Made by a program: the position numbers and the translations under genes
In this document: positions 61,233 through 63,150 of the stretch, piece after piece
Layout of the letters: the number at the start of each line of letters is the position of its first letter
Numbering within the stretch: the stretch's first letter is position 1
Source: Syntrophobacteraceae bacterium
GTDB lineage: Bacteria > Desulfobacterota > Syntrophobacteria > Syntrophobacterales > Syntrophobacteraceae
Assembly: GCA_035624985.1 (NCBI GenBank)
Contig: DASPQK010000307.1
Span: 1 to 63,150 of the forward strand
Length of the DNA: 63,150 bases
Direction of reading: 5' to 3'
Notes under the pieces: model-generated
Seen by the model: the letters and a program-made list of their open reading frames with translations, nothing else
The model's database searches: none
What the model was told of the DNA's origin: nothing

Positions 61233-61616
61233 TCACCTTTTCTCTTCGCAGCTCGCAAAAAAATTATGAGTGATAGATTTCATTTTCGCACGTTCTGCCG
61301 GCGATGTCTTGATAATTATAAACTTGGCCGTTTCTGAAAGGACGCTATCTGGTATTCTTTTTGGGGTACCAATGGAATCGAGGTCCGATCTTTTCCACGA
61401 TAATTGTAACATCCAAATTCCAGGCCGCAATGCAACATCGATGAAGCACCGAGACCTAGAGTGAGTAAGGAGCCCGGTGAATCGCAGTCCGGGGTCGGGC
61501 CATGCAGAATCGGCCACAGGCAAAGATTGTTCCGAACACTGCACATGATCCCACCAGGATGCCCCACAATTGACGATCTTCCCCCGGCCTTTGTCATCCA
61601 TCGTCTGCCTTTTCAT
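61233..61616 (-). CDS. Hypothetical protein coupled to the methyltransferase (stop 3 nt before the M start)
   Basis: 127-aa ORF (TGA-aca-ATG junction). W/C-containing with no recognised domain. Weak RBS. Could be a gene remnant. Confidence 0.3.
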   Translation of the reverse strand: MKRQTMDDKGRGKIVNCGASWWDHVQCSEQSLPVADSAWPDPGLRFTGLLTHSRSRCFIDVALRPGIWMLQLSWKRSDLDSIGTPKRIPDSVLSETAKFIIIKTSPAERAKMKSITHNFFASCEEKR

Positions 61617-61911
61617 GGCCTTTGCCGCTCAGGGGAATAAGTTAGCTGCCCCTAGCTTGTCTCCGATTTCATCCGACCCCCCGGTGGCCGGACCCCCGAC
61701 CAGGCCCTTTCTGGGTCACGGTCCTGACCCAGCTGTTCCACCTGGGCAAAATTCGGGAAAGGGGAAGTGACGGCCGGGGATGACCGGGCTGGTGAGGGAA
61801 TAGCCAGAGCGAGCGGCGATGCCGCCTCCTCCTCTTGACGGTCTGATCCTGAGAGCCCTGCGCTGCGCGGGTTTCCGCCTTCTCCGCTCTACGTCCTCAA
61901 GGCTTCCACTT

Positions 61912-63150
61912 TTAAGAATACTTAAAGGGAACGCCCAACCTTATCATACGGTTTCTGAGCGTGTTGGGATTGATTCCAAGGAGCCGGGCCGCTCCAGTCG
62001 GGCCGCTTATTCTTCCATGTGAAATTTGCAGCGCCCGGCGTATGTGCCGCGACTCGACCTGATCGAGCGTAAGCAATTTAGCGCCATCATGGTCCTCCAT
62101 GACCGCTTCTTCCGTCTTGCCCGGTATTTCGAGATGTTCGAATTGCAGCCGTCCACCGCTTCCCCTGCCTCGATTATGGATGAGCTCACGTTCAATCAGG
62201 TTCTCCAGCTCCCGTACATTGCCGGGCCAGTGATAAGTTTTGAGGCGCTCGACCTCTTGGTTGGAAACCGAAGGCGGCGGATGAATTTTGAGCTCTTTTG
62301 ATTTCTTCTCGATAAAGTGATGGACCAGGACCGGAATGTCCTCTTTGCGGTCCCTCAAAGGAGGGATCGCTATCGGGAATACATTGATGCGAAACCACAA
62401 ATCCTCCCGGAATGCACCTGTTTTAACCAGTTCTTCCAGGTCCCTGTTGGTTGCGGTAATGATGCGGACGTCCACTGCGACGGTTTTTGTCCCGCCCACC
62501 CGCTCGATCTTTTTGTGCTGAAGAACACGCAGCAATCTGACCTGGGCCTGGGGGGGCAGTTCGCCGATTTCATCAAGAAAAATGGTCCCTCCATCGGCCC
62601 GCTCGAAACGCCCTCTTTTTTGGGCGATGGCCCCGGTAAAAGCGCCCCTCTCATGGCCGAAGAGTTCACTATCCAGCAGATTCTCCGGGATAGCGCCGCA
62701 GTTCACCGTAACTAAGGGACCCTCATTCCTCAATGAGGTGGCATGAATCGCGTTGGCAATAACTTCCTTGCCAACGCCGGTCTCCCCAAGCAGAATTACC
62801 GGGCTGTCGAGCGGGGCTACCTGCCGGACCATCTCCATTGTCTTTCTCAGGCCGTACTCGGCGCCAACTATTTCGTCGCCTGAAAAGCGCCGCAACGCCC
62901 GGCTGAGCTCCCGGTTTTCAGCATCCACGATGTCTTTGAGCCTTACAACTTCTGCGTAGCGCAGAGCATTGGACATCGCGATCGAAAAGGGTTCCCTCAG
63001 AAGCGAGACAAGGTTGACATGCGTTTGAGTGAACCTGGCCTCTCCTTCCGCCAGTACGGTGAATGCTCCCAAGAGCTTGCCTTCGACGACCAGATCCATG
63101 GAAAGAGCAGAATAGTTGGAGAGGTCAATATAGGGACGCAGGATTTTCGG
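61912..63150 (-). CDS. Sigma54-dependent transcriptional activator (GAF + AAA+ + Fis-type HTH), 5' end outside the window
   Basis: GETGVGKEVIANAIH, GAFTGA loop (ELFGHERGAFTGA), RVGG, C-terminal AARLLGINPNTLRNRMIRLGV. The frame stays open past the track's ATG (63099) to the window edge, inside a GAF-like segment. Confidence 0.9.
   Translation of the reverse strand, partial: PKILRPYIDLSNYSALSMDLVVEGKLLGAFTVLAEGEARFTQTHVNLVSLLREPFSIAMSNALRYAEVVRLKDIVDAENRELSRALRRFSGDEIVGAEYGLRKTMEMVRQVAPLDSPVILLGETGVGKEVIANAIHATSLRNEGPLVTVNCGAIPENLLDSELFGHERGAFTGAIAQKRGRFERADGGTIFLDEIGELPPQAQVRLLRVLQHKKIERVGGTKTVAVDVRIITATNRDLEELVKTGAFREDLWFRINVFPIAIPPLRDRKEDIPVLVHHFIEKKSKELKIHPPPSVSNQEVERLKTYHWPGNVRELENLIERELIHNRGRGSGGRLQFEHLEIPGKTEEAVMEDHDGAKLLTLDQVESRHIRRALQISHGRISGPTGAARLLGINPNTLRNRMIRLGVPFKYS

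Noticed and set aside
61233-61616. Vsr-like (very-short-patch repair) identity for the small ORF upstream of the methyltransferase, based on CGASWWDHVQC resembling GCFWHxHxC and GIWMLQLSW resembling GWxVLxVWE.
   Set aside because: The motif spacing and position do not fit: it sits at residue ~17 instead of ~60. The catalytic Asp region is absent. Vsr partners are C5-cytosine, not Dam-type, methyltransferases. The ORF is kept only as hypothetical.
61620-61911. Possible gene remnant between the small ORF and the sigma54 activator; the minus-strand frame reads ...SPFPNFAQVEQLGQDRDPERAWSG....
   Set aside because: There is no start codon, no recognisable family, and several frames are equally open in this GC-rich stretch.

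Overview
63.15-kb chromosomal segment. The gene content suggests an anaerobic Desulfobacterota/deltaproteobacterium-like organism: sigma54-type promoters plus a sigma54 activator, an ilv-psd-pssA-leu operon, rubredoxin and rubrerythrin-like genes, and PATAN and PilZ regulators. This taxonomic call is inference only. Layout: (1) 1-6.5 kb is a flagellar hook module (fliL-like 5' end, flgD, unusually short flgE, fliK, a lysozyme-like gene) with a dispersed repeat family and strong hairpins in the intergenic DNA. (2) 6.8-7.4 kb holds a stand-alone diadenylate-cyclase-domain gene. (3) 8.2-30.3 kb is a type IVa pilus supercluster: pilT-like, tandem-PATAN regulator, pilQ, pilP-like, pilO, pilM-N fusion, pilA, a 3-gene glycosylation/methylation module, three minor pilins (one a ~980-aa chimera), pilC, pilB and a PilZ protein. 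mltG and a nucleotidyltransferase interrupt it. (4) 32.1-36.6 kb is an integrase-less islet bounded by a 31-bp direct repeat of the 3' end of tRNA-Leu(GAG). It carries a decayed Gp49/XRE toxin-antitoxin pair and two uncharacterised proteins. (5) 36.7-44.4 kb carries a J-protein, copZ-copA, rubredoxin, a ferritin-like protein, a glutaredoxin-like pseudogene, phosphomannomutase and a hybrid histidine kinase. (6) 44.5-54.5 kb is a minus-strand housekeeping block: coaD, rsmD, asd, leuB, leuD, leuC, pssA, psd, ilvC, ilvN, ilvB. (7) 54.6-61.6 kb is an accessory hot spot: a MITE-like element, a ~213-bp tandem repeat studded with CACGAAG heptamers, higBA, a truncated vapBC, an ISL3 transposase, and a NotI-family/Dam-like type II R-M pair. 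(8) A partial sigma54 enhancer-binding protein lies at the right edge. No CRISPR array, rRNA or prophage was seen. The best candidates for something undescribed are the chimeric giant minor pilin with the adjacent pilus-embedded glycosylation module, the two-gene cargo of the tRNA-Leu islet, and the structured tandem repeat upstream of the ilv operon. All functional calls rest on motif recognition by eye; no database search was run.
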